Assembly (NCBI GenBank): GCA_963827655.1
Contig: CAWHCF010000022.1
Coordinates: forward strand, 320,001 to 384,000
Reading direction: 5' to 3'
Source: an uncultured Acidobacteriota bacterium
GTDB lineage: Bacteria; Acidobacteriota; UBA6911
Length of the DNA stretch: 64,000 nucleotides
Below the pieces are notes generated by a model, which worked only from the letters and a program-made list of their open reading frames with translations, was not told where the DNA came from and did no database searches. Position 1 is the first letter of the stretch; each line of letters opens with the position of its first letter. The translations under genes were made by a program, and so were the position numbers. Below are positions 20,527-30,486 of the stretch, piece by piece.

Positions 20527-20533
20527 GGATTGT

Positions 20534-21736
20534 CTACTGGTAGCGACTCAGTTCCAGCTTGGCGATCGCCTCGCGGTGCACCTCGTCCGGACCATCGGCC
20601 AGACGAAGCGTGCGCGCTCCGGCCCACGCCGCAGCCAGTCCGAAGTCCTCGCACACGCCTCCGCCGCCGTGAGCCTGAATGGCTCGGTCGATGACGCGCA
20701 GCGCCATGCTGGGCGCAATCACTTTGATCATGGCAATCTCGGCGCGGGCCTCCTTGTTGCCGACCGTGTCCATCATGTAGGCCGCCTTCAGAGTAAGGAG
20801 GCGCGCCTGCTCGATCTCGATTCTGGATTCGGCGATATCCGACCGGATTGTACCCTGCTCGGCGATCGGCTTCCCGAACGCAACTCGCGATTTCACGCGC
20901 CTGCACATCGCCTCCAGCGCCCGTTCGGCCAGGCCGACCAGCCGCATGCAGTGATGAATCCGTCCCGGTCCGAGGCGCCCCTGGGCGATTTCGAAGCCTC
21001 GTCCCTCACCCAGGAGAATGTTGGAAGCCGGCACGCGCACGTTTTCAAAGATAACCTCTCCGTGACCGTGCGGCGCGTGGTCGTAGCCGAATACCGTAAG
21101 CAAGCGCTTTACCCTCACTCCCGGCGAATCCATCGGCACCAGAATCATCGACTGCTGCTTGTGGCGGGGCGCCGTCGGGTCGGTCTTGCCCATGAAAATA
21201 GCAATCTTGCAGCGCGGATCACCCGCGCCGGAGCTCCACCATTTATGACCGTTGATCACGTAGGCGTCGCCATCCCGCTGGATTCTGGATTGTATGTTGG
21301 TCGCATCGGAGGAAGCGACATTCGGCTCGGTCATGGCGAAGCAGGAGCGGATCTCGCCGGCTAGCAGCGGCTTGAGCCATTTTTCTTTCTGTTCCTGACT
21401 CCCGTAGCGAACCAGCACTTCCATGTTGCCGGTGTCGGGCGCCGAGCAGTTGAACACTTCCGGCGCCATGAGGGAGCGCCCCATGATCTCGCACAGCGGC
21501 GCATACTCGATGTTCGCGAGGCCGGCGCCATATTCGCTTTCCGGCAGGAACAGGTTCCACAGCCCGCTCGTTTTTGCCTTCTTTTTAAGCTCCTCCACGA
21601 CCCCTGTCGGTTGCCAGCGATTATCGTCTTGAATCTCGGCGTGGTACCTCTTCTCGTTAGGGTAAATGTACTCATCCATGAATGCGGAGACGCGCTTCTG
21701 GAGATCCTTCACCTTTTCGGAGTGTTCGAAGTGCAT
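20534..21736 (-). CDS. Acyl-CoA dehydrogenase
   Basis: [27 protein letters not shown] and LADGPDEVH. Confidence 0.92.
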   Translation of the reverse strand: MHFEHSEKVKDLQKRVSAFMDEYIYPNEKRYHAEIQDDNRWQPTGVVEELKKKAKTSGLWNLFLPESEYGAGLANIEYAPLCEIMGRSLMAPEVFNCSAPDTGNMEVLVRYGSQEQKEKWLKPLLAGEIRSCFAMTEPNVASSDATNIQSRIQRDGDAYVINGHKWWSSGAGDPRCKIAIFMGKTDPTAPRHKQQSMILVPMDSPGVRVKRLLTVFGYDHAPHGHGEVIFENVRVPASNILLGEGRGFEIAQGRLGPGRIHHCMRLVGLAERALEAMCRRVKSRVAFGKPIAEQGTIRSDIAESRIEIEQARLLTLKAAYMMDTVGNKEARAEIAMIKVIAPSMALRVIDRAIQAHGGGGVCEDFGLAAAWAGARTLRLADGPDEVHREAIAKLELSRYQ

Positions 21737-21985
21737 ACCGGTAGTTTCCTTTCAGTAATTAGCGAATTTAGCCCGACAGGAAACCCTGCGGCAACGGCAA
21801 AGTCGTTGGTAGAGAGTCTTGGATACTTCGCGCTCAAAAGAGCGGAGTTCCAGATTTCCAGCGATCTCGAAATGATCAATGACAAATCGACTGGGGCGGC
21901 TTGCCCCGGATTTGTTCATCTCTCATTAGTCTCTCATTGCCAATCTGACTGTTTTGCTCAGGCAGGAAGGCGAAGGCAGGCGGCG

Positions 21986-22327
21986 CTATAGCTTGAGGAG
22001 ATCTCTCAGCTTGCTCGCGACCGTGTTCCGCGTGGATGTATTGATACTTCCAAGGTATCGCGCCAGGCTTGAACAATGGATTGTTGCCATTTTATGGATG
22101 CGCAAAGTTGATAGCGTCTTGAGATTCGTGGAGCGGAACTCCGGTTTGCTCGGGTCCAAGAGCACATCGGAAGGAAGAACTTGTGTTGGGATTACCGACG
22201 AGATGTATGCTACCAAAACCTCTGGGACTGATCCGAGTGTTCCGGTAAGCAACAACACTGGACGCAGCTTCATTCCCGGAACGTCCCCGAAAGGAAACAG
22301 GGCTAGATAGATCTCACCGTGGACCAT
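21986..22327 (-). CDS. PemK/MazF-family toxin
   Basis: GEIYLALFPF...KLRPVLLL; translationally coupled to the upstream small acidic gene. Confidence 0.8.
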   Translation of the reverse strand: MVHGEIYLALFPFGDVPGMKLRPVLLLTGTLGSVPEVLVAYISSVIPTQVLPSDVLLDPSKPEFRSTNLKTLSTLRIHKMATIHCSSLARYLGSINTSTRNTVASKLRDLLKL

Positions 22328-22547
22328 TCACAGGCTGCCCGTCGTCCAGAGTGTAGATATCCTGCTGCGAATCACTCAATTCAGACGCCCATTCCCTGGC
22401 AACCCCGTGTACCCAGGCGCTGCCCGCTTCGTCCTCGTCCGGTAATAGCACGATCAAGCGCACTCGCCCGACCGGGAGCCCCTCCGGCACTTCGGCATGA
22501 AGGCGGTGTTGTTCATCTATATCGCCTACCAGTTCGATTGCTTTCAT
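22314..22547 (-). CDS. Putative antitoxin
   Basis: Small acidic protein ending DIYTLDDG, overlapping the toxin start. Confidence 0.65.
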   Translation of the reverse strand: MKAIELVGDIDEQHRLHAEVPEGLPVGRVRLIVLLPDEDEAGSAWVHGVAREWASELSDSQQDIYTLDDGQPVNGPR

Positions 22548-22710
22548 CGGTGCCCTGTCCATTGTACCTTTGAGTGTCTACGTTCTGATGATAGCAAAAT
22601 TCGCCTCTAACCCTCACGAATTTCAGAAACGGCATTAACAGCTTGCCAATGGTCAGCGCATCGCCCGCTCGATCGCAGATTGTGTGGTCCAAGGAGCGGC
22701 GATCAGCGGG

Positions 22711-23388
22711 TCAGCGTTTCGAGCGCCGGTACGCAGTGGCCAGGCAGTCGGCGTACTCGTTCCAGCGGAATCCGGAGTGCGCCGCGATCCAGCGCAGCTT
22801 GAGCTCCGGCCGGCGGCTGAAAATGACATAGAGTTCCTGAACCAGCTCGAGGTTCTTGATCTCCCCGCCTTTGCGTTTCCAGCCCCGCTTTTCCCAGCCT
22901 GCGGCCCATTGCGTGATGGTGCTGACGCACAGCTGGCTGTCGGTGTAGATCACCGCCGGCGTTCCTTGGGGCACGAGCCCGACGCCGGCGATCAACGCCG
23001 ACAGCTCCATGCGATTGTTGGTGGTGTGGGCTTCATGTCCCTCGCGCTCGGCGACGATCTCGTTGTTGACGACGTAGACAGCCCCCCAGCCGCCGGGACC
23101 GGGATTTGGATCGGCCGCGCCGTCCGTGAACACGCCGTCGGTGGGGCCCGCCGTGAAGTTGGCGAGCACCTCCGATGTCGTCAGATTCCCTTCGCGCTCC
23201 GACGCCGATCGGGTGGGTATATGCTTCGCGGCTGGACGTGCGGCGCCTGTCTTGAAATGCGAGGTGCCGCCGGACTGCTTTTTTCTGCAGGACAGGCAGC
23301 GCCTGGGCTGCCAGCCTGGAAATTTAGCGAGCGTCGCCGCCTGCAGCTCGAACGGGCGTCCGCAATCCTGGCAGGTGAAGTTTGGCAT
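22711..23388 (-). CDS. rnhA: Ribonuclease HI with N-terminal zinc-ribbon extension
   Basis: FTDGA..NPGPGGWG, TNNRMEL, YTDS, AH..NEYAD; N-terminal CQDC...CLSC. Confidence 0.85.
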   Translation of the reverse strand: MPNFTCQDCGRPFELQAATLAKFPGWQPRRCLSCRKKQSGGTSHFKTGAARPAAKHIPTRSASEREGNLTTSEVLANFTAGPTDGVFTDGAADPNPGPGGWGAVYVVNNEIVAEREGHEAHTTNNRMELSALIAGVGLVPQGTPAVIYTDSQLCVSTITQWAAGWEKRGWKRKGGEIKNLELVQELYVIFSRRPELKLRWIAAHSGFRWNEYADCLATAYRRSKR

Positions 23389-23623
23389 GCGGTCCTCTAC
23401 TCCCGGGGAGCTCGTGGCGATTTAGCTCCCAATAGCGGCTGATGATGCGCTCGGCTCCTGGTGGTTCAACAAAATCCCGGCCCGTACTGATACCACGCCT
23501 GACAGTATCTATCCAGATCGAAGAGCATGCTACGGTGGGCTCGGGGACCTGTGCTCCAGCCGCCTGAAATGCAATAAATCGGTTCTTCAGGTTCGTCTCC
23601 GATAGGACAAGATCCGCCAGGGC

Positions 23624-23912
23624 ATGCTTGCCGCGGCGGCGATCGGCTACCTGTGCAAGCACAATGCGACGCTGTCCGGCGCCGAGGGCGGCTGCCAGGC
23701 GGAGATCGGCGTCGCGTCGGCGATGGCCGCGGCATTGGTCGCGGCGGCACACGACGCGAGTCCCAGGGTCGTCGAGAACGCGGCGGAGTCGGCGCTGGAG
23801 CATCATCTGGCGATGACCTGCGACCCGGTCGCCGGGTTCGTGCAGGTCCCGTGCGTCGAGCGATGCGCATTCGGCGCCGTCAAGGCCTGGACCGCCTACG
23901 CCATCGCCAGCC
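23624..23912 (+). pseudogene. Internal fragment of Fe-S L-serine dehydratase (alpha part)
   Basis: [12 protein letters not shown] and [16 protein letters not shown] motifs; only about 95 codons, degenerating into repeat sequence. Confidence 0.75.
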
Positions 23913-23951
23913 ATGTTCGGCGCTCTTTGAAGGTTGCGGATGCTTCGCGTT

Positions 23952-24029
23952 TCTTGGTGTCTTCGCGTCTTCGTGGTTGATTTTTTTCCGCCGCGGTAAC
24001 CACGAAGACTCGAAGAACCGCCAAGAAGC
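23952..24029. repeat. 9-bp-period inverted-repeat pair
   Basis: TCTTGGTGTCTTCGCGTCTTCGTGGTT ... AACCACGAAGACTCGAAGAACCGCCAAGA. Confidence 0.8.
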
Positions 24030-24075
24030 TTGCGCGGATGTGATACCATCGCTTTCATCCATTGAGGACCCGGTT

Positions 24076-24663
24076 ATGCATTGGACAGATCTTTCGCGCC
24101 GGCTTTTTCTTCAGCGGTCCTGCGCTGGAATCGGTTCAACCTGGCTCGCGTCCCGCTGGACCGAGATCCTGGCGGCGCAGGAGCATGCTCACCGTGCCGC
24201 CCTCGCCGCGCCGGAAAGCAAGCTCGAGATTCTCTCCGCGGAAGAGGCCGCCGAAATCGAAGCCGTCGCAGCCCAGATAATTCCAACCGACAGCACCGCC
24301 GGGGCGCGCGAAGCCCACGTCATCTACTTCATAGACCGGGCGCTCGCAACCTTCGACGGTGACAAACGCAAGCTTTACGCCCGAGGGTTGGCGGAGCTTC
24401 AGAGCCGGTCGCGCAAGCTCTTTCGGGGCACGCGACGGTTTTCCGACTTGACCGCGGATCAACAAATCGAGGTCCTCAAATCGATCGAGAAGACTCAGTT
24501 TTTCGAAATCGTTCGCAAGCATACGATCATCGGTTTTTTCGCCAACCCCGAGTACGGCGGCAACCAGGACCAGACAGGATGGAAGCACATCGGCTTTGAG
24601 AATGCCTTCACCTTTGAGCCCCCCTTTGGCTCTTATGACCGCGATCACAAGGAGGGGCATTAA
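24076..24663 (+). CDS. Gluconate 2-dehydrogenase subunit 3-like protein (Tat)
   Basis: LSRRLFL; IIPTD..GA..A.V..FID; GFFANPEYGGN. Confidence 0.85.
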   Translation: MHWTDLSRRLFLQRSCAGIGSTWLASRWTEILAAQEHAHRAALAAPESKLEILSAEEAAEIEAVAAQIIPTDSTAGAREAHVIYFIDRALATFDGDKRKLYARGLAELQSRSRKLFRGTRRFSDLTADQQIEVLKSIEKTQFFEIVRKHTIIGFFANPEYGGNQDQTGWKHIGFENAFTFEPPFGSYDRDHKEGH

Positions 24664-24668
24664 GAGAC

Positions 24669-26336
24669 GTGAGAGCCCGGAGTCAGCTCTTTGAAACCGG
24701 CACGCAGGTCGACTTCGCGGTCGTCGGTTCGGGCGCTGCCGGCGGAATCGTGGCGAAGGAACTGGCTGCAGCCGGATTCACGGTTGTTGTCCTCGAGCAG
24801 GGACCCTATCTCAGAGAAGAGGATTTCAAGCACGACGAGCTGAAATACGTGGGGCAGGCGGAAATCACCAACGACTATAAATTGCAGCCCAATACTTTTC
24901 GCAAAACTCCCAGAGCCAAGGCTGTTCTCCAGCCGGCCGTGGGTTATGCCCGGCTGGTGGGAGGCGGCTCCGTCCACTTCACCGCCAATTACTGGCGTTT
25001 TCACCAGATTGATTTTGAGGAGCGCAGCCGGCTGGGGTCGATCGCAGGAACGGGATTTACCGATTGGCCCATTCGTTACTCGGACCTCGAGCCTTACTAC
25101 ACCAAGGCCGAGTGGGAGCTCGGGGTGTCGGGACTTGCCGGCGCAAGCCCGTGGGATCCGCCGCGTTCCCAGCCTTATCCTCTGCCGCCACTCCCGGTCA
25201 AGTCATCAGGCATACTTCTGGAGCGAGCGGCGCGCAAGCTGGGCTGGCATGCTTTCCCTGCTCCGATGGCGATCATTTCTCAACCGTATCGGGGCCGAGG
25301 AGCATGCCTGCACTGCGGCTTCTGCAAATTCTTCGGCTGCGAAGTAAGAGCCAAGTCAAGCACCGCGGCCACCGTGATTCCGATGGCCGAAAAGACGGGA
25401 CGGTGCCAGATTCGTCCAAATTCCTACGTGCGGAAGATCGAGACGGATAAAGCCGGACGGGTTACGGGGGTTATCTACTTCGATGCAGAACGACGCGAGC
25501 ATTTACAGAAAGCCAGAGCAGTCGTTCTCTGCGCCAACGGGGCGGAGACCCCACGCCTGCTCCTGATCTCGAAATCGAATCTGTTTCCGAACGGGCTGGC
25601 AAATTCCAGCGGGCTGGTCGGAAAGTATCTCATGTTCAACGGCGGCGCGGCTGCGGGCGGGGTTTTCGAGCGCCAATTGAACGAATACAAGAGCGTGGTT
25701 GTGACCCGGATCATCCACGACTTCTATGACTCCGACCCGAAGCGAGGTTTCTATGGCGGCGGCGGCATCGATGCGCGTTTCGACTTTCTTCCGATCGGGT
25801 TTGCGCTCGGGGGCTTGCCCCAGGATGCGCCGCGTTGGGGAACCGCATATAAGGCCATGCTCAAGGAGTACTTCACTCGAACAATGTACGTGATCTCCCA
25901 CACTACCTCGCTGCCAGTGGAGACTAACAGCATTTCTCTCGATGCCAATGTGAAAGACGCCTGGGGACTGCCTGCGATACGAGTTACCTATCAGGATCAT
26001 CCGGACGACATGCGCACGATGAAGTTTTTTCTTCAGCGCAGTTCCGAACTGCTGGAGGCGGCCGGAGCCCTCAAAAAGTGGGAATATCCGGTTGAAGAAC
26101 AGACCTTTTCCTTGCATCTTCTGGGCACCTGCCGCATGGGTGACAATCCCGGCAAGTCCGTCGTGGACCAGTTTCACCGCGCGCACGATGTTCCCAACCT
26201 GTTCATCGTAGATGGCAGCAGTCTGGTCACGTCGGGCCGGGGGCAACCGACCTGCACGATTCAAGCGCTGGCTTATCGCGCGGCCGATCACATCATTCGG
26301 TCCGCCAAATCAGGAGAGATCAAGACGTCCGTTTGA
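24669..26336 (+). CDS. GMC-family FAD oxidoreductase
   Basis: GSGAAGG, CLHCGFC...C and HLLGTCRMG. Confidence 0.9.
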   Translation: MRARSQLFETGTQVDFAVVGSGAAGGIVAKELAAAGFTVVVLEQGPYLREEDFKHDELKYVGQAEITNDYKLQPNTFRKTPRAKAVLQPAVGYARLVGGGSVHFTANYWRFHQIDFEERSRLGSIAGTGFTDWPIRYSDLEPYYTKAEWELGVSGLAGASPWDPPRSQPYPLPPLPVKSSGILLERAARKLGWHAFPAPMAIISQPYRGRGACLHCGFCKFFGCEVRAKSSTAATVIPMAEKTGRCQIRPNSYVRKIETDKAGRVTGVIYFDAERREHLQKARAVVLCANGAETPRLLLISKSNLFPNGLANSSGLVGKYLMFNGGAAAGGVFERQLNEYKSVVVTRIIHDFYDSDPKRGFYGGGGIDARFDFLPIGFALGGLPQDAPRWGTAYKAMLKEYFTRTMYVISHTTSLPVETNSISLDANVKDAWGLPAIRVTYQDHPDDMRTMKFFLQRSSELLEAAGALKKWEYPVEEQTFSLHLLGTCRMGDNPGKSVVDQFHRAHDVPNLFIVDGSSLVTSGRGQPTCTIQALAYRAADHIIRSAKSGEIKTSV

Positions 26337-26366
26337 TTGACGATTTACGATTGACGATTGACGATT
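26334..26366 (+). repeat. Heptamer (TTGACGA) arm starting at the GMC stop codon
   Basis: TGATTGACGATTTACGATTGACGATTGACGATT. Confidence 0.9.
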
Positions 26367-26388
26367 CAAAGGTGGTGCAGTCCTGAAA

Positions 26389-27342
26389 ATGAACAGAACT
26401 GTCACTTTGTGGGTGGTCTGCGCACTCTTCCTCGCCGCCACTCAGGCATGCAAAAAAGCATCGCCCGGTGGTTCAACCACACCCGCCAAGCCCACGGCAC
26501 CAGCTCCTGCAGAGCAGCCCTCGGTCGTTCCGTCCGCCGCCGCATCCACGGACGGGATGGTCCTTATTAAGGGAGCGACGTTTCTCATGGGAACCGACGA
26601 TGCCTTTCCTTACGAAGGACCGGCTCACCGCGTGACCGTGAAATCGTTCTGGATCGACCGGCACGAGGTTACGGTGGCCGCCTTTACCAGGTTCGTCAAG
26701 GCGACCAACCACAAGACCGACGCGGAGAAGTTCGGCTGGTCGGGCGTTTTCGACGTGAAGACCGGGGAATGGAAAAGAGTGGATGGCGCGGACTGGCGGC
26801 ATCCTGAAGGTCCTGATACATCGGCGAAGCCCCAGGAACCGGTCGTGCACATCTCATGGAACGATGCGTCGGCCTACGCAAAATGGGCCAAGAAGCGGCT
26901 TCCGACCGAAGCCGAGTGGGAGTATGCCGCCGCCGGAGGATCAGCCGGAAAAAGGTTCAACTGGGGCGACGATTTTCTTCTGAACGGCAAATGCGTCGCC
27001 AACTGGTGGCAAGGAACCTTCCCCGAGCGAAACACGGGCGAAGATGGCTACGTCGGCCGGGCCCCGGTGGGCAGCTTTCCGGCGAATGGCTACAAACTTT
27101 ACGACATGGCCGGCAATGTCTGGGAATGGTGCAGCGATTGGTTTGACGAAGGATACTACTCGAGGAGTCCAGAAATCGATCCGCCGGGACCCTCGAGCGG
27201 CACAGAGCGGGTCATTCGAGGTGGTTCCTGGATGTGCAGCCAGAATTACTGCCAGGGTATTCGGGTCGCCGCGCGCAGCCAATCCGCCACGGACAGCGGG
27301 CTGAACAATCTGGGATTCCGGTGCGTTCGCGATGCGTCCTGA
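26389..27342 (+). CDS. Formylglycine-generating enzyme (sulfatase-modifying factor), lipoprotein
   Basis: RLPTEAEWEYAA, DMAGNVWEW, RGGSWMCSQNYC (catalytic Cys pair) and GFRC. Confidence 0.88.
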   Translation: MNRTVTLWVVCALFLAATQACKKASPGGSTTPAKPTAPAPAEQPSVVPSAAASTDGMVLIKGATFLMGTDDAFPYEGPAHRVTVKSFWIDRHEVTVAAFTRFVKATNHKTDAEKFGWSGVFDVKTGEWKRVDGADWRHPEGPDTSAKPQEPVVHISWNDASAYAKWAKKRLPTEAEWEYAAAGGSAGKRFNWGDDFLLNGKCVANWWQGTFPERNTGEDGYVGRAPVGSFPANGYKLYDMAGNVWEWCSDWFDEGYYSRSPEIDPPGPSSGTERVIRGGSWMCSQNYCQGIRVAARSQSATDSGLNNLGFRCVRDAS

Positions 27343-27373
27343 GCAAGCTCCACCGCGCGGACCACGCTAACTA

Positions 27374-28822
27374 ATGAGGAGGCGCGAGAAAATGCAAGCA
27401 ACACTGCGCAGATGGAGCCTGTTAGGCCTGCTCTCGGTGTCAGCCATTGGTTCTTTTCATCACCCGGCACGATCTCAGCCCGATCGAAAACTGAATGTCC
27501 TGTTGATCGCCGTAGACGACCTGAACACCAACCTGGGCTGCTATGGTGATCCTCTGGCGCGATCCCCCAACATCGACAAGCTGGCAAGCCGGGGAGTCAA
27601 GTTCGAGCGCGCCTACTGCCAGTATCCGCTTTGCAACCCTTCACGCACGTCGATCCTGAGCGGGCGGCGCCCTGATACAACCAGAATCTTCAATAACACC
27701 ACTCCTCCGCGCGCCTACCTGAAGGAGGTTGTATTCCTGCCGGAGTATTTCCGGCAACACGGCTATTTCACGGCTCGCGTCGGCAAGATTGCGCACGGGA
27801 GATTCGAGGACGCTGTCCGGTGGGACGTATCGGAAAACGCCCAGGGGCGCCCGGGCGCGGCGCCGCCGCAACAGCCGCCGCCGGCCAGCACACCGGAAAC
27901 CGGAAATCCGGGAGACGGAGGAGCCAGGCTCTCATGGCTTGCGACCGACAATCACGACGAAGAGGAACCTGACGGGAAAACTGCCAGGCGCATCGTGCGC
28001 CTGTTGCAGGAGAACAAGGACAAGCCCTTCTTCATCGCAGCCGGATTTCACAAGCCCCATCTCAGGTGGGTCGCTCCCAGGAAATACTTTGCCCTGCACC
28101 CTCCCGAAAAGGTCAAACTGCCAAGGACGCCTGAGGACGACCGCAAGGATATTCCCGCAGTTGCGCTGACCCGCACCGCAGGCGACGAGACGATGACTGA
28201 CGAGCAGAAACGGCAGGCGGTTGCGGCTTATTCTGCCTGCGTCTCTTTCACCGACGCGCAGGTCGGTATCGTCCTGGACGAAGTCGACCGGCTGAAACTG
28301 GCCGACAAGACCATAGTGGTTTTCTGGGGCGACCATGGCTTCCATCTGGGCGAACACCATGGGTTGTGGCGCAAGATGACGCTGTTTGAAGAATCCACGC
28401 GCGTCCCGCTTATCATTGCGGCGCCCGGAAAACGCGCTGGTGTCGCCTCGCCCCGCCTGGCCGAATTGGTCGATCTCTACCCGACGCTAACCCAGCTCTG
28501 CGGACTTCCGCAGCCGCCGAAGCTCGAAGGCGTCAGTCTGGTGCCCCTGCTCGAGGATCCTGATCGAGCCGTCAAGCAGGCTGCTTATACTGTCGTTGCC
28601 CGTGGACGCGGCGTGTTGGGGCGAAGCGTTCGGACGGAACGATACCGGTACACCGAATGGGGCGACGAAAAAACGGCCGAGCTGTACGATCACGAGACCG
28701 ATCCGCGCGAATATACCAATCTTGTCCGTGATCCCAAGCACTCCAAGACGCTGGTCGAAATGAAGAGCTTGCTCCATGCGGGCGGAGCGACGAGCCCGGA
28801 GAATCGAGCCGGAAGACGCTGA
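27374..28822 (+). CDS. Cys-type sulfatase (iduronate/choline sulfatase-like)
   Basis: VDDL, CNPSR, GFHKPH and GDHG. Confidence 0.9.
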   Translation: MRRREKMQATLRRWSLLGLLSVSAIGSFHHPARSQPDRKLNVLLIAVDDLNTNLGCYGDPLARSPNIDKLASRGVKFERAYCQYPLCNPSRTSILSGRRPDTTRIFNNTTPPRAYLKEVVFLPEYFRQHGYFTARVGKIAHGRFEDAVRWDVSENAQGRPGAAPPQQPPPASTPETGNPGDGGARLSWLATDNHDEEEPDGKTARRIVRLLQENKDKPFFIAAGFHKPHLRWVAPRKYFALHPPEKVKLPRTPEDDRKDIPAVALTRTAGDETMTDEQKRQAVAAYSACVSFTDAQVGIVLDEVDRLKLADKTIVVFWGDHGFHLGEHHGLWRKMTLFEESTRVPLIIAAPGKRAGVASPRLAELVDLYPTLTQLCGLPQPPKLEGVSLVPLLEDPDRAVKQAAYTVVARGRGVLGRSVRTERYRYTEWGDEKTAELYDHETDPREYTNLVRDPKHSKTLVEMKSLLHAGGATSPENRAGRR

Positions 28823-29017
28823 ACCGTCTTCGAGTCTTTGGTTTCTTCGTGTTTGGCTTCGTCCGGCTAAGAATACTATCGACAAACGTCACAGTTTAGG
28901 GTACGAAATGATTGCTGAGTAACTTCAGATGTTTTCGCCCGTACTGGCTTGCATTTCTAGACTTTAGTATTATGGGACTCTTCGCTGGGAGCGAAGAATT
29001 ACTGAACAGGAGAAGAC

Positions 29018-29278
29018 ATGACTTACATCATTACAGAACCTTGTGTTGGCGTCAAAGATACCGCGTGCGTCGACGTCTGCCCGGTCGATTGCATTCATCC
29101 GCGGAAAGATGAGGCCGAGTTTGCTGAAGCGACGCAACTCTACATCAATCCCGATGAATGCATCGATTGCGGCGCCTGCGAACCTGCTTGCCCGGTAGCG
29201 GCGATCTTTCCAGAAGAGGAAACCCCGGAGAAATGGAAATCTTTCATTCAGCTTAATTACGATTACTGGAAGAAGTAG
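29018..29278 (+). CDS. Dicluster (7Fe-type) ferredoxin
   Basis: CVDVCPVDC and CIDCGACEPACP; AGGAG RBS. Confidence 0.92.
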   Translation: MTYIITEPCVGVKDTACVDVCPVDCIHPRKDEAEFAEATQLYINPDECIDCGACEPACPVAAIFPEEETPEKWKSFIQLNYDYWKK

Positions 29279-29315
29279 CCATTTGAAGGAGTCCGTTCTG
29301 CTAAGGAGAAGGATT

Positions 29316-30387
29316 ATGCTCACGCGCATGCGTCCTGGTTCGAAGGAACTCTTGCTGCTTTTGACTTTGATCTTTGTCATCAGTCTCGCGGGCTGCAGTA
29401 CCACGACCGAGAAGAAAGCCGAGCCGCCTCCGTATGTGCCCGAAGTGCTTCCGATACCTGCGCCGCCGACCGGATTCGAGCCCATGCCGGAGCCGCCCGA
29501 TAATCCAACCACGCCCGAAAAAGTAGCCTTGGGCCGGCAGCTGTTCTTCGACAAACGGCTCAGTTTCGACGGCAGCCGCTCGTGTTATTCGTGCCACCTC
29601 AACGAGCGCGGCCTTACCGACGGACTGCCGACTGCCGTGGGCGCAGGCAACAAGCCGCTGCCACGCAGCAGCCCTTCGCTGTGGAATATCGGATATCACA
29701 AGGAGTTCTACTGGGACGGTCGCAGCCCGACGCTCGAGGCTCAAGCCCAGGCGGCCTGGGCCGGCGGCAACATGGGCGCCAAGGGGCATGAAGGCGAAAT
29801 CGTGGGCAAGATCAAAGCCATCCCGGGATACCGGGCGCAGTTTCAGAAGGTCTTCGCTGCCGACGCTACTGCCGCAACCATAATGAAGGCGATTACGGCG
29901 TACGAGCGAACCATCGTTTGCGGCGACACGCCCTGGGACAAATTCCAGCAGGGGGACGCTTCCGCCATCAGCGACGAAGCCAAAAGGGGTTGGGAGATCT
30001 TTCGTGGTAAAGCCGGATGCGGGACCTGCCACGCCGGGGCCCTCTTGACCGACCTGCAGTATCACAACGTCGGGGTGGGAATGGATCAGCCCAAGCCGGA
30101 CGAAGGACGCAAGAACTTCACCAAGGATGAGAAGGATACCGGGCGCGTTCAAGACGCCTACCTTGCGCAGCGTTTCGAAATCGGCGCCTTACTTCCACAA
30201 CGGAAGCAAGGCAACCCTCGAAGAAGCCGTAGACTTCGTGCTGGGCGGAGGATACCCGAACAAATACCTGGACAAGAAGAATCTGAAAAAAGTGAAGCTG
30301 ACGGCGAAGGAGAGGGACGACCTCCTGGCATTCTTGAGATCGCTCGATTGCGGTGTGGAGCTGAAAGAGCCGAAACTGCCCGAATAA
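29316..30387 (+). CDS. Di-heme cytochrome c peroxidase/MauG-family lipoprotein; frameshift near 30145
   Basis: [26 protein letters not shown]; continues [16 protein letters not shown] in ORF 30127-30387. Confidence 0.85.
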
Positions 30388-30398
30388 CAGGCCGGGTT

Positions 30399-30468
30399 CT
30401 TCGTGTCTTTGTGTCCTAGTGGTATTGGTTTCATAGCGCTAACCGCAAAGACACGAGGACGCGAAGAA
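30399..30468. repeat. 9-bp-period inverted-repeat pair
   Basis: CTTCGTGTCTTTGTGTCCTAGTGGT ... AACCGCAAAGACACGAGGACGCGAAG. Confidence 0.8.
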
Positions 30469-30486
30469 ATACCAAGAGCGGTAGAG

